The translations under genes were made by a program, and so were the position numbers. Positions 17,174 to 27,583 of a stretch of 56,751 bases of DNA are shown one piece after another; position 1 is the first letter of the stretch, and every line of letters begins with the position of its first letter. A model generated the notes under the pieces. It was not told where the DNA came from. It saw only the letters and a program-made list of their open reading frames with translations, and did not search any database. Origin of the DNA: an uncultured virus (IMG/VR IMGVR_UViG_3300023210_000012) (Duplodnaviria; Heunggongvirae; Uroviricota; Caudoviricetes); IMG/VR virus record IMGVR_UViG_3300023210_000012. One strand, given 5' to 3'.

Positions 17174-19720
17174 GTGCCGTCAATCACCATCCTAAAGAGA
17201 CAAACCGGCAAGGGACACCTAACGTCGGCTGATGAGGCGAACGATACCGTCGCCATCTCTGGATTGGTACGTACGGCCGCTGGAACCGCCGCTCTCTATA
17301 CTGACGCCTTTACGACCGCGATCACGATTGGCTCCGCTGGGACGCCTGTCACGATTGCAGACGCGCTCCGAGGACCGGACGACGGAACCGGGCTCGTGAT
17401 CGGCCACGCGCCGTCTGGCGCTACGACTGGGTCTGCTCCTCAGGCAGTCTCGGTCACCACAGCGCAGAAGGGTCAGCTTGTCGCCGCCAACGGTATGTCG
17501 ATCTACGACACAGACCTTGGCGAGTATCAGGTCCGCTCTGGAGGGGCTTGGGTCACTGTTGGTGGTGGTGGCAGCGGCAACATCGACACAGCCAATACCG
17601 TCTGGGTAGCCAAAGACGGCAATGACGGCACCGGAACAACCGCTCGTCAAGACTTGCCATTTCTAACCATCAGCGCAGCATTTGCTGTGGCAGTGAGTGG
17701 GGATACGGTGCGCGTCAGAGGAGGCACCTATGTCGAATCTGGACTCACTGTCCCGACTGGCGTAGCTTGCATCGGAGACGGGTTGCTGACCACCATTGTC
17801 GGTGACGCAAGTGCAACGGCTGACATCTTCACGTTGTCTAGTGGGAGCCTATTACAGGGCTTCCGACTCACCCTCCCGGCTCCGGTTTCGGCATCCCCGA
17901 TCTATGCGGGGATTAAGCACTCAGCAGGCACCGGCACGCTGTATGACTTGGATCTCCGAGGTAATGGAGCGACCGGCAAAGGAACTGGCATCTACAAGAC
18001 GGGGACCGGGAAGATCGTTGGGGGCAACGTCCGATGCGAGGGAGGCGGCATGGCTGCTCTGCTTCGCGTTGATGCGGCAGTGCTTGCCTTGGATGATGTG
18101 CATGTTCCACAGTCTGCGGGCACGATTGACGACGTAGTTCTGGTGCAAGGAACGGGAAAGTTCCAAGGCCAAGGGGTCAACATCGAGAGCAGCAATGCCG
18201 TTGATTGCTTGCACATCGAAGGCACAGCCACCGCGATTATCTACTCACCAAACTGGGGGGCGGCACCAATCGGCGGGCATATCGCAGCTGATGGAATCAC
18301 CGTAGTTATTGAAGGCGGTCGTATTGCTACGACAGTCTCCACGCTCCTAGTGGACCCGGCGCTGACAGGTGTGGGCACGACCATCACAGTGACCGGCACC
18401 GACATCCAGCCGCTGTTCTCGTTCCCTTCGGCGGCTATAGCCGAGATGAAGCTGTCTGCGTCGTTTCACCAGCCTGAAACAGATGTTCGGAACGCAGAGT
18501 CCAGAGTGGTCGGCTCGGCCCTTGTGACTGGGTTCCCGGAGCTTGGGTCTGGCCTGATGGTCGGTGAGGGGTCGTCGTATTCGGATGGGATCAAGGTCGT
18601 CACAAGTGACGGCACCGCGACCAGCACGACCCTCGGAGGCAACCTGACGGACGCTACGGCAGCGGCGCAATCCCGTAGCGGGTCCACGGTGTCGTTCCAG
18701 GGCTTGACGGCAAATCACTGTATCTACGTCGCGAGCACCAGGACGCTGCCTGCGGGCACCGAAATGAAGCATTGGGGGCTATTCACTTCACAGGTGACGG
18801 CAGGCGTGGGCGGCTCCTACGCTGTTGAGATTTGGGATGGTGCCGCATGGGTTGCGGTTGGCGTCATGGCGTCCAGCTTGGTCGAGACATATCGTTATGC
18901 TGATGCGCTGTTTCTGCGGGCAGCATCAGAAGAGATCATCCAGTACGGTATCGACGCCACGACGACTCAGGCAGTGATTGCAGTCGATGGTACGACTGCC
19001 TACTGGGTCCGTCTGCGGGTAGCGACGACACTAACCACGGCTCCGACATTTGAGCGACTGTGGCTCACTCCGTCCCATGTGATGTATTCACCCCTGGGGC
19101 GTAGGCGTGCGCTCGGCCTGTCTTCCTGGCGGCAGACCTTAGTGTCTGCCGGGAACGTCTTCGGGGAAACTGGGACAGTGGTATCCGCGAACTTTGATGT
19201 AGGTACGGGTGGAATCCCTACTGAGTGGACGCACAACTCCCCAAACAGCTTGATGAATTCGAATGGCGACGCGATATACGCGCAGTTCGCGCTACCTGGC
19301 GGCATCTGCACAGCATTCCCTTTAAGGGTTGAGATTGTTTTTGCCATGCAACCTGGAGGAACACTATCTGCTCCGGTCATTGGGTTTGTGTCTGCGATAC
19401 CTGTGCAAACGGCATTCAACACGGTGGCTGATTCAGCAGGAGGCAAAGTGCCTGTCCCGCGAGCTATTGCTGACACCGAGACGACTATAGCGAAAGCGGC
19501 TATCTCTTACACGTTCGACTCGTCACTGATAGGAACCGTCTGGCCCGCAGACACCCTTTACAAAGCTGATTTCGGGCCGTACCCCATCGCAGGCTATTAT
19601 GCCGAAGATGTGATCCTGGTCCGGATGGAGCTAGACAATGACGGCACTCCGAACCAGAACATTGCGATCATTGCGATGATCATTGAAGGTGTAATGTTCA
19701 CTGACGGAGAGACACTGTAA
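17174..19720 (+). CDS. Tailspike/fibre protein with a pectin-lyase-like beta-helix
   Basis: VWVAKDGNDGTG...PFLTISAA...GDTVRVRGGTY motif; N-terminus paralogous to 13482. Confidence 0.75.
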   Translation: MPSITILKRQTGKGHLTSADEANDTVAISGLVRTAAGTAALYTDAFTTAITIGSAGTPVTIADALRGPDDGTGLVIGHAPSGATTGSAPQAVSVTTAQKGQLVAANGMSIYDTDLGEYQVRSGGAWVTVGGGGSGNIDTANTVWVAKDGNDGTGTTARQDLPFLTISAAFAVAVSGDTVRVRGGTYVESGLTVPTGVACIGDGLLTTIVGDASATADIFTLSSGSLLQGFRLTLPAPVSASPIYAGIKHSAGTGTLYDLDLRGNGATGKGTGIYKTGTGKIVGGNVRCEGGGMAALLRVDAAVLALDDVHVPQSAGTIDDVVLVQGTGKFQGQGVNIESSNAVDCLHIEGTATAIIYSPNWGAAPIGGHIAADGITVVIEGGRIATTVSTLLVDPALTGVGTTITVTGTDIQPLFSFPSAAIAEMKLSASFHQPETDVRNAESRVVGSALVTGFPELGSGLMVGEGSSYSDGIKVVTSDGTATSTTLGGNLTDATAAAQSRSGSTVSFQGLTANHCIYVASTRTLPAGTEMKHWGLFTSQVTAGVGGSYAVEIWDGAAWVAVGVMASSLVETYRYADALFLRAASEEIIQYGIDATTTQAVIAVDGTTAYWVRLRVATTLTTAPTFERLWLTPSHVMYSPLGRRRALGLSSWRQTLVSAGNVFGETGTVVSANFDVGTGGIPTEWTHNSPNSLMNSNGDAIYAQFALPGGICTAFPLRVEIVFAMQPGGTLSAPVIGFVSAIPVQTAFNTVADSAGGKVPVPRAIADTETTIAKAAISYTFDSSLIGTVWPADTLYKADFGPYPIAGYYAEDVILVRMELDNDGTPNQNIAIIAMIIEGVMFTDGETL

Positions 19721-21409
19721 ATGGCGGGCAATTTCTACAAGCTACACGAAAAGGCATTCGTATCCCAAACTAGTGTGACTGTGGTGCATGGTTTGGATCG
19801 CCTCCAGGTTGCCATCTCTGTCCGCATCGGTGAAGTAGCTCGCAACGACCTAATCGAGTCTGCGTACCCAAACCCGGCAGATCCTCGTAACGAGGTGGTC
19901 GTTACCTTTGGGACTGCACAGACAGGCAACATCGTAATCATCGACACGGACTACGTCTTCAGCAGCATCCCTACCCCAGAGAATACAGCAGTGCTATCAG
20001 GCGGCACTGCGATGACTGCTGATGTCTACGATCCAACAACCGTGGCTGCCGATACTTTCGCCAGAGGTAACCATACGGGCACTCAGACGGCGAGCACCAT
20101 TTCGGACTTTGATACAGAGGTCGACAATAACACCACGGTGCAAGCTGCGATTCACGACAACACAGCTGGTGAGATTGCGGCTGTGACTTTGAAGGGCACG
20201 CCGGTTTCTGCCGATGTTCTCCTGATCGAGGACTCGGCGGCAGCCAATGCGAAGAAGCGAGTCACCATTGGCAGTCTGCCTGGCGGTGGTGGTGGCTCGA
20301 CTATTGTCGTTGAAGAGGATGGCAGCATCGTCAGTGGTGGGCCGCACTCGACGCTGAATTTCGTTGGCCTGACTGCGACAGACGCCGGGACTGGCGTTGC
20401 GGACATAGCACCCGTCCCTGCTATCTACGTGGATTTCTACCATGCGGTGGCTTATGCCGGGATCACCACGAGCGCCAGCACCCTGCCGCTGGACACGACC
20501 CGCCAGACCGACGCCGCATTCAGTAAGAATGTGAATGGGGAGATCACCTGTAACACTGCTGGCGACTATCGCATTGACTACGACTGTTCTACAGCGGAGG
20601 CGTCAGCAAACGACCTCACCGCAGAAATGTGGATTGAGGTCAATGGCGTCGAGCAAGGCGGCACCCGGTCCAGGCTTTTCCATGACTCCAATCAAGACGA
20701 CAATGGGAGCCACGGAATGGCGATCCTGACCCTTGCCGCTACGGAGGTGATACGGATCAGGGCACAGGTCGTGATGGGGTCCAGTCAGCTAGACACCGCA
20801 CCAAACAGCGTCCGCGTAATGATTCACGCTATCGGCGCGAATGGCGCAACAGGCGCAACAGGCGCAACGGGTGCAACGGGCTCCGGCAGCAATGTCATCG
20901 TCCAAGACGACGGAGTAACGGTCAGCGGTGGACCGCACGGGACACTTAATTTCATTGACTGCGCGGTAGCTGACGGGGGTGGAGGTGTAGCGGAGATCAC
21001 GCCAGCCGCGCTATTCGGTCGGGACTACCAGACGGCGGTTTCGGTAGCCTTGTCCACCACGACGAGCACGACGTTTCAGACAAAGATCACCATGACTACG
21101 CCTTCTCTGACGGGCACATACCGGGTCGGCTGGTGTGCGCTTGTAGGCCAATCCAATACTAGAGACCAGGTCGAGTGCCGGCTGCGAAACACCACTGACG
21201 GCGTCACTCTCGGGGCCGACCCTGCGGGAAGCGGCGCGAACGGGTCGAGAAACGAGCCGAAAGACATACTGGATCGAATGACCACGGCGGGGTTTGCTGA
21301 GGTCGTGTTTTCTGGCGCGGCAAAAACGTTCGAGCTTCAGTATCGCCAGCAGGGCGGCAACACGGCGAGTATTCGCAACGCGCACGTGGAAATCTGGAGG
21401 GTGGCCTAG
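19721..21409 (+). CDS. Fibre protein with a short collagen-like segment and C1q-like domains
   Basis: GANGATGATGATGATG; twice-repeated V..DG..VSGGPH.TLNF module. Confidence 0.72.
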   Translation: MAGNFYKLHEKAFVSQTSVTVVHGLDRLQVAISVRIGEVARNDLIESAYPNPADPRNEVVVTFGTAQTGNIVIIDTDYVFSSIPTPENTAVLSGGTAMTADVYDPTTVAADTFARGNHTGTQTASTISDFDTEVDNNTTVQAAIHDNTAGEIAAVTLKGTPVSADVLLIEDSAAANAKKRVTIGSLPGGGGGSTIVVEEDGSIVSGGPHSTLNFVGLTATDAGTGVADIAPVPAIYVDFYHAVAYAGITTSASTLPLDTTRQTDAAFSKNVNGEITCNTAGDYRIDYDCSTAEASANDLTAEMWIEVNGVEQGGTRSRLFHDSNQDDNGSHGMAILTLAATEVIRIRAQVVMGSSQLDTAPNSVRVMIHAIGANGATGATGATGATGSGSNVIVQDDGVTVSGGPHGTLNFIDCAVADGGGGVAEITPAALFGRDYQTAVSVALSTTTSTTFQTKITMTTPSLTGTYRVGWCALVGQSNTRDQVECRLRNTTDGVTLGADPAGSGANGSRNEPKDILDRMTTAGFAEVVFSGAAKTFELQYRQQGGNTASIRNAHVEIWRVA

Positions 21410-21999
21410 TGCCCGCGACAAAATATACCCTGAGCCTCGCAGCCGACTTTGGCGGATCGTTCGACTCGGACGGCTGGGTCGCTGAGGTGGGCTTTTCAAT
21501 CACCAGCCCGATTGACCATGAGGCGGGCGGCGTATCCACCGAGGGCGACATCATAGACACATGGTTCGTTTCCGCGCTCAGCCCCGCAGAGGAAGCGACC
21601 TTCCTCGCGCTCCCGGCAAGTCATTACCCTCTCTGGCGCGAACCGATCTTGGACTCGATCACAAGAAAACGAGAGAAGCGGCTAGCGACTGTAATCCTGG
21701 CAGAGTATCCACCTGCCTCTGGCCTGATGTTCGGCTGTTCGACTGCTGACCAAGATAATTGGTCCAAGCTGGCAATGCTCGACTCGCGCGGGCTCATAAC
21801 CTATCCGTTCACGACCCACACGGCAGACCACGCGGGGTCGTATGACTTGGTGAGCAGCGCCGACCTCACAGGGGCACTTGGAACGATCTCGCTGGCTGTT
21901 CTGACGGAACGTAATCTGGCTGAAACCTACCTTGCTGCCGTTGCCGCGGCACCGGACGAAGCAAGCGCGGAAGCCGCCGCAGCACCATATTTAACCTAG
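21409..21999 (+). CDS. Putative fibre-associated protein (DUF4376-like C-terminus)
   Basis: Translationally coupled to the fibre gene; ITRKREKRLA...DQDNW pattern. Confidence 0.6.
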   Translation: MPATKYTLSLAADFGGSFDSDGWVAEVGFSITSPIDHEAGGVSTEGDIIDTWFVSALSPAEEATFLALPASHYPLWREPILDSITRKREKRLATVILAEYPPASGLMFGCSTADQDNWSKLAMLDSRGLITYPFTTHTADHAGSYDLVSSADLTGALGTISLAVLTERNLAETYLAAVAAAPDEASAEAAAAPYLT

Positions 22000-22186
22000 A
22001 TGCTATGCGTCCTCGATTCCCCTACTTTCCAGCCAGCTGATGTATATGCAGGTCCACCTCGGTGGCCCTGTCGAGTTCGACGGGACTTGGGCCACTATTG
22101 TCATCTACGGGATTGAAGTGGACGAATAGAAGTATCGAAGAAGGTGGGTGAGTCTGATAGAATCCTATGATGCGTAAGGATGGGAC

Positions 22187-22465
22187 ATGGCAGTAGACAC
22201 TACACCTGGGGTCAAAACTCTTGAACTCCCAACTTCCGACAAGCATCATCTGATTCGGCTAGCACTTGCTGCTGAGGTCCAGAAAAAGAAGGCCGAACTC
22301 GCCAGGGTGGAGTGGGAACAGTCTAGCGCCATTTCAGAGGCAGCGGGCGATGCAGTAACGACCAGAATGGGAGTTCCGCGCGAGGCTAAGGACGTTACGA
22401 TTAACCTCAACGAGGGCATCGTTACCTACAAGATGCCCGGCATCGAAGCGAGCGAGGTCATCTAA
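22187..22465 (+). CDS. Small coiled-coil protein
   Basis: 92-aa ORF after the promoter motif, TAATG-coupled to the next gene. Confidence 0.7.
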   Translation: MAVDTTPGVKTLELPTSDKHHLIRLALAAEVQKKKAELARVEWEQSSAISEAAGDAVTTRMGVPREAKDVTINLNEGIVTYKMPGIEASEVI

Positions 22466-25413
22466 TGGCAGCCACGAAGCAGGTACTACGTCTCCAGAGT
22501 GACCAGACTCTAGATGATCCGCAAATAGCCACACGCGTCCGCCTGTTGGACCTGGCGGCTACTCGTGCCATCAATCTCATCTGGGTTGAGCCAGCGGTAA
22601 CTGACCGCGACATCACATTTAAGGACCCAACTGCTAACGACGCGGTCGTCTACGAGAACCTAGCGCAGACCCTCTCGAACAAGACTCTGCCTACTCCTAC
22701 GATCACCGATTTCACCAACGCCCAACACGACCACTCATCCCCGGCGGAGGGCGGAGCGGTTGATCACAACGGTCTCAGCAGCCTGACCGTTGGCGATGTT
22801 CACACTCAGTATGGGATCCTTGCGGGCCGTGCGGGTGGACAGGTACTAATCGGTGGCTCTGCTGCCAACGAGGACCTATCACTCCAATCGACTTCTGATG
22901 TCACCAGGGGCGAGATTGTCGCCATTGACGACATTCTCATGGGCTCGGGTAAAGAGGTGCTCGGTCTCCCGGTGACTCCTAGTGGGCCTACGGCGGCAGC
23001 CTCCAAAGCCTACGTCGATGTAGCCGTATCTGGCGGAGCTAGCTGGAAAGAGACTTTGCTCTCAGCGAACCAGCTCGACAGCGTTAACAACGCAGTCTCT
23101 AACGGTGGTGCGTTCTACCTGGTCAATACAGCACAAATCGGCGATACGTTTGTTCTCTCAGACGGAGGAACCACCGAAACCTGGACATTTGCAGGCGGTT
23201 CTGGGGCCTTCGCTCCAGCGATAGGTGCGTCGGCGCTTGATTCGATGACTGATCTTGCGGCCCGTATCAACACTGATTCGACCGCATGGGCAGCAATCTT
23301 CTACGCCAGTACTCTTCAAGGAATCAACTCAGGCACCGGTGATGTCGTAATCGTTTACCGCCAGGTCCCTACCGCCGTTACCGCCGACAGGCTCTACGGA
23401 GTGTTTGCCACCCCAGCAGATGCTCAGTTTGTCGATTTCGGCGGCGACACAGACTACCGGGATGGGACCAGCATTCAGGTAGTACCCGCTGACCCAACAA
23501 CGGCTAACTTCGGGCTCGGTCGTATTACCTCAGCGCTGCAGCCAAACGATACTCACCTCGTCCGTGCTGAGGATAGCGCCTTCGTGTGGAATGAGGATGC
23601 CGGGACCTGGCAGCTAAGTGCTGGAGCCGTCTCCCTGGCCACCTCTGGTCCCGGTGGACTCGTCGTAGGGCAATCCACGTTCGATGAAGACTTCGGACTT
23701 GAGGTCGTTGGTGGCGGCATCGCTAGAGTTCGCGTTGATACCTCCTCAATTACCTTCGACGGTGGCGGACAGCTCACAATAGCTGGAGGAGCAATCGCCT
23801 TCTCGACATCTGGCTCTGGGGGTGCGGTAGCTGGCAAGGTGACGATGGACTCTGACAAGGGTCTGTTGATCACCGGCGGTCCGACTAATGCAATCGCAGA
23901 AGTGAGAGTTGACACTACCTCTATCGCTTTCAATGTCAGCGGTGAACTCACAGCCACGGGAGCGCCCATCAGCCCTACAGGGCTTGTCTCGCACGGTGTG
24001 CTTACTACTAGAGATATCCTAGGAGTCACCGCACCCACAGCAGGCTTCATTTCTGCTGATGTCCCGGTTCAGGACTACGTTGACGTCATCACCACAGGAC
24101 AACTATTCGACTTCGTAGTCCCTGCAGACTACGACGGCGGGGACATGGAGCTCCTGGCGTCCTACCAGATGACTACGGCCGTAGCCCAGGACATCGTGCT
24201 AGAGACGACAGCTAAGATCATCAGATCGTCGACCGGCACCGTCGATACTGTAACTTTCCCAGCTGCAACCGCCAATCTGGTCGTACCTGCTACTACCGAC
24301 CTAACCCGCAGCGTAATCAAAGTACTGGTAAACCCAGGAGAGATCAACTTTCTCCCCGGAGACACCATTCAGTTTTATGTGAAGCGACTGGGGGGAGATG
24401 GCGCTGACCTTCACACAGGCAGCTGGCGCGTCACGGCGTTTCAATTCCGCTATACAGGTCAAGTCAGCACGCGGCTCATGGAGCCGGTCGTTGATATCTT
24501 CACGCCAGTTTCAGGATCAGCCTCTCCCAGCAACGATTTCTTCGCGACTGACATTCCAGTCATCACCTACTCAGATTTGACCGACCAGGCCGCATCTGCC
24601 AGGTTCGTAGTTCCAGACAACTGGGATGGCAACAGTGACGCACTCTTGAGGCTCCAATACGGCCTTGATACTGCCTCTGGCGGAACAGTTCGCCTGAACA
24701 CTTCGGGTAATATCGCAGACGTTGGCGGTGGGGCCGTAATCCCAATTTCTTCAGTAGATTTCGACGTAACCGTAACTGCCGATATCGATCCTCACCGAAC
24801 GTCCATTATCAGATCAATCCCAGCTAGCCTAATGACACCTGGCAGTGTCATCCAGATCGCTATCACACGAGACATTTCTGTGGGCGGCAACGCAGCAGCA
24901 GGTTACTCAGCCATTAACGCCACCCTTGCGTTTGGCGTGGTGCCGATCGCCGGGTTCGCATCGATCACCGATTTCTACCTCGATGATCCAGTGTTCGGCA
25001 ACATTGCTGGAACTGTAGACGCGAGGCCGGTTTACCCGTTGTTCGCTTCAGACTTCGAGTATTTCTTTGAAATGAGCTCGACGGCTGCTGCTGGTGCAGT
25101 TCATGGCGCATTTGTAGGGCGTCTGGCGCCGGTTCAAACCGAGATATCTCAGATTTGCATCTTCGTCAAAGGCGTTGATACGGGGACCGTAACCTACGAC
25201 ATCAAGGTCTACGCTGAGGGGTCCGGGGCGGTGCCAGTATTTTCCACCGGAGCTGCTACTCCGCCAGCGTCCTCAACCGAGATCGGTATTCTCGGAACGG
25301 CCTTGTCCGCCCAACCAACCGGCGATAAGCGATTCTTCGTCGTGATTGAAGCCGCTGCCATGGAGAATGGCGAATCAGTGAGCTTCAGCAAGCCATTTGT
25401 GCAGGTGCAGTAA
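22465..25413 (+). CDS. Large fibre/structural protein
   Basis: 982 aa; HTQYGILAGRAGGQ and AASKAYVD fibre motifs; repeated VP.DYDG/VPDNWDG domains. Confidence 0.75.
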   Translation: MAATKQVLRLQSDQTLDDPQIATRVRLLDLAATRAINLIWVEPAVTDRDITFKDPTANDAVVYENLAQTLSNKTLPTPTITDFTNAQHDHSSPAEGGAVDHNGLSSLTVGDVHTQYGILAGRAGGQVLIGGSAANEDLSLQSTSDVTRGEIVAIDDILMGSGKEVLGLPVTPSGPTAAASKAYVDVAVSGGASWKETLLSANQLDSVNNAVSNGGAFYLVNTAQIGDTFVLSDGGTTETWTFAGGSGAFAPAIGASALDSMTDLAARINTDSTAWAAIFYASTLQGINSGTGDVVIVYRQVPTAVTADRLYGVFATPADAQFVDFGGDTDYRDGTSIQVVPADPTTANFGLGRITSALQPNDTHLVRAEDSAFVWNEDAGTWQLSAGAVSLATSGPGGLVVGQSTFDEDFGLEVVGGGIARVRVDTSSITFDGGGQLTIAGGAIAFSTSGSGGAVAGKVTMDSDKGLLITGGPTNAIAEVRVDTTSIAFNVSGELTATGAPISPTGLVSHGVLTTRDILGVTAPTAGFISADVPVQDYVDVITTGQLFDFVVPADYDGGDMELLASYQMTTAVAQDIVLETTAKIIRSSTGTVDTVTFPAATANLVVPATTDLTRSVIKVLVNPGEINFLPGDTIQFYVKRLGGDGADLHTGSWRVTAFQFRYTGQVSTRLMEPVVDIFTPVSGSASPSNDFFATDIPVITYSDLTDQAASARFVVPDNWDGNSDALLRLQYGLDTASGGTVRLNTSGNIADVGGGAVIPISSVDFDVTVTADIDPHRTSIIRSIPASLMTPGSVIQIAITRDISVGGNAAAGYSAINATLAFGVVPIAGFASITDFYLDDPVFGNIAGTVDARPVYPLFASDFEYFFEMSSTAAAGAVHGAFVGRLAPVQTEISQICIFVKGVDTGTVTYDIKVYAEGSGAVPVFSTGAATPPASSTEIGILGTALSAQPTGDKRFFVVIEAAAMENGESVSFSKPFVQVQ

Positions 25414-25461
25414 ACTACTCGCTTGTTATAGGTTACGTCGTGCGGGATACTGATATCAGTA

Positions 25462-25920
25462 ATGACCCACGACGACCTAGTAAAAATCGCTAAGAAGTGG
25501 CTAATCAAGGGCCGCAACTGCTCTGTTGTACTTACGGAAACTCAAGCTCAGAGCGGGGAAGTTCCGGACGCGATAGGTTGGCGAGGGCAGCATTCGACCC
25601 TAATCGAATGTAAGACGTCTAAAGCTGATTTCCGCCGGGATCTGAAGAAGTGGTATCGGAACTCTGGGCCAGGCATCGGCCAGCAGCGCTATTTTATGGC
25701 CCCCAAGGGCATTATCCCGGTATCAGAGGTTCCGGTCGGCTGGGGGCTTCTGGAGGTCTCTGGGAAGCTCGTGAAGACCACTAAGAAGCTCGACCTCCTC
25801 TACCTTGATGAGCGTGTAGCTTCGGCCGAAGTTCCGCTATTAGTTGCGGCCCTCCGGAGAACTCAAATACGCGCATCAGGGCGTCGTAAAAGGCGTAAAA
25901 AAGCGTATAGTCGGGCCTGA
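25462..25920 (+). CDS. PD-(D/E)XK nuclease-like protein (MmcB-like)
   Basis: GEVPDAIGW...LIECKTSKADFRRDLKK motif. Confidence 0.65.
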   Translation: MTHDDLVKIAKKWLIKGRNCSVVLTETQAQSGEVPDAIGWRGQHSTLIECKTSKADFRRDLKKWYRNSGPGIGQQRYFMAPKGIIPVSEVPVGWGLLEVSGKLVKTTKKLDLLYLDERVASAEVPLLVAALRRTQIRASGRRKRRKKAYSRA

Positions 25921-25934
25921 AAGAGAGACTCCAA

Positions 25935-26276
25935 ATGAAGGAAGCACTCAAGGGCCTGTTCGGCTCCAAGAAGGCACTCGCAGCTATTGGCGGGGCAGCC
26001 GCATCGGCCGCTGTCCTCCTCGCAAACAAATACGGCTTCGGACTCGATCCAGAAGCTACAGCTACTCTCGTCCAAGCGATCCTTGGACTCGCTGGCGTCT
26101 TCATCCTCAGCCAGGGTGCTGCGGACATCGGTAAGGAGAAGGCTAAGGTGGAGTCAGCGGTGGTGGAGCTTGCCATGTCAGCTCACAGGCTAGAAAACGC
26201 GGAGCTCGACGACGATGACGCTGAGGACGCCGTAGAGGCTGATGAGGCCCCTGAGCCAGAAGTCCTCACCGAATAG
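25935..26276 (+). CDS. Small membrane protein, holin-like
   Basis: SKK followed by two hydrophobic helices and an acidic tail. Confidence 0.55.
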   Translation: MKEALKGLFGSKKALAAIGGAAASAAVLLANKYGFGLDPEATATLVQAILGLAGVFILSQGAADIGKEKAKVESAVVELAMSAHRLENAELDDDDAEDAVEADEAPEPEVLTE

Positions 26277-26435
26277 CCGTGGGGTTCTTCCCCTGCGCTA
26301 CAGAGGGCTGTGGGGGCTACTTCTGTAGTGTAGACATGTCCTCACGGCCCCACGCCACGTTCTGCGAGCTTTACGTGGAGCCAGAGCCTAATCCCCCGGA
26401 AGCGCCTCAAGGCTCGTAGAGACATCAGTACAAGG

Positions 26436-26470
26436 AACAAGCCCAGAGGGAAACCCTCTGGGCTTGTTTT
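26436..26470. terminator. Bidirectional intrinsic terminator between convergent operons
   Basis: Perfect 15-bp stem AACAAGCCCAGAGGG / CCCTCTGGGCTTGTT. Confidence 0.8.
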
Positions 26471-26487
26471 GATCCTTGGGTCTAGGC

Positions 26488-26922
26488 CTAGAAGATGCCC
26501 TGGACCTTGCTGTCGACGCCGTGCGCCAGAGCAGCCGCGTTGGACACGCGGGTCGCCGAGAAGCGGCAATCGAAAGCGGTGCCATCCGTCGCTGCAGCAG
26601 CGGTGGTGGTGTTCGCCGTCAGCGCAACCACGTGCTCACCCTTGGTGAGGGTCACGGGAAGCGTGAAGTTCACGGGAAGCTGAAGCTGCCCAGTGAGGAA
26701 CGTGTGACCCAAAAGGGGCAGAGCGGTCGCGGCAACGCCATCGACCTCGAAGCCCATCGTGAGAACGGCGGCGGTAACACCGAGAATGTTGCCTTGGAAG
26801 TTGAGATGAAGAAGCATCTCGTCTTCCTCGACGCGGACGCTCATCTGAGCGCCAGTGACGACGGCGGTTCCGCCGGAGGGGAGGGTGACATTTCCGAGAG
26901 GCAGTTGACTGTAAAGACTCAT
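26488..26922 (-). CDS. Hypothetical protein, beta-rich, possibly capsid-associated
   Basis: 144-aa ORF with AAGGA RBS. Confidence 0.7.
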   Translation of the reverse strand: MSLYSQLPLGNVTLPSGGTAVVTGAQMSVRVEEDEMLLHLNFQGNILGVTAAVLTMGFEVDGVAATALPLLGHTFLTGQLQLPVNFTLPVTLTKGEHVVALTANTTTAAAATDGTAFDCRFSATRVSNAAALAHGVDSKVQGIF

Positions 26923-26981
26923 GTTGGTTTTCCTTCTTGTTTCCTAGGAAGATCAGCCAGGTGTGTTCTAAGCCGTTAGGC

Positions 26982-27446
26982 TTAGAGGCCCTGGTTGCTC
27001 CCGTAGTTGGCGTTGTGGAGGCCGAAGTCGAACCGACCGGTGAGTCCACAGCTAGCGATGGTGCCGCCGGTGACTTTGAAGAGAGAAACGCGGGCGCCAG
27101 CCTCGTCTTCCGCGATGATCAGCCGAGCCAGAAGCTCAGTCGTGATTGTCGCGTTACCGAGATACTCGTTGCCAGTGGTGCTGAGCACGGTCCGAGCGAC
27201 CGTTCCGTCCCAAGCCATGATCTCGACCGCGCGAACGGCGACATCGCCGATAGCGCATGCTGCGTTGAGCTGCAGGACGGCAAGGCCACCCTCAAACTCC
27301 TGACGACGGTATGGACGAGCCACGTGGTCGATGGTGTTCCGCTCTACCGGAAGGGTACGCGGACGGTTGACGGTGAAGGCGACCGGGGCGGTGTTGTTGA
27401 CCGTAGCCAACGCCGATGGCACACCGTATTGAGTGCGAACTGTCAT
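26982..27446 (-). CDS. Hypothetical protein, possibly capsid-associated
   Basis: 154-aa ORF with the same AAGGAAAA leader as the next gene. Confidence 0.7.
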   Translation of the reverse strand: MTVRTQYGVPSALATVNNTAPVAFTVNRPRTLPVERNTIDHVARPYRRQEFEGGLAVLQLNAACAIGDVAVRAVEIMAWDGTVARTVLSTTGNEYLGNATITTELLARLIIAEDEAGARVSLFKVTGGTIASCGLTGRFDFGLHNANYGSNQGL

Positions 27447-27583
27447 GTTGTTTTCCTTGCCCTATTGTTTAGGCCTGGTTTCGTCACCGAAGTTGGTGAT
27501 GCGGTCATCCTATATGCATCACTAGGGCGAGTCAACGGAGATGGACCACTAAAACCCAGGAAATTCCTGGGTTAGTGGCATAT

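Noticed and set aside
10566..25413. Diversity-generating retroelement acting on fibre genes
   Set aside because: No reverse transcriptase in the window; repeats are in-frame domain duplications without adenine-specific differences that I could see.
26277..26435. tRNA or other structured RNA in this gap
   Set aside because: No cloverleaf or T-loop motif found by eye.
26476..27575. Plus-strand ORFs 26476..26979 and 26937..27575, and similar antisense ORFs over the fibre genes
   Set aside because: They shadow better-supported opposite-strand genes with RBSs, as expected in GC-rich DNA.
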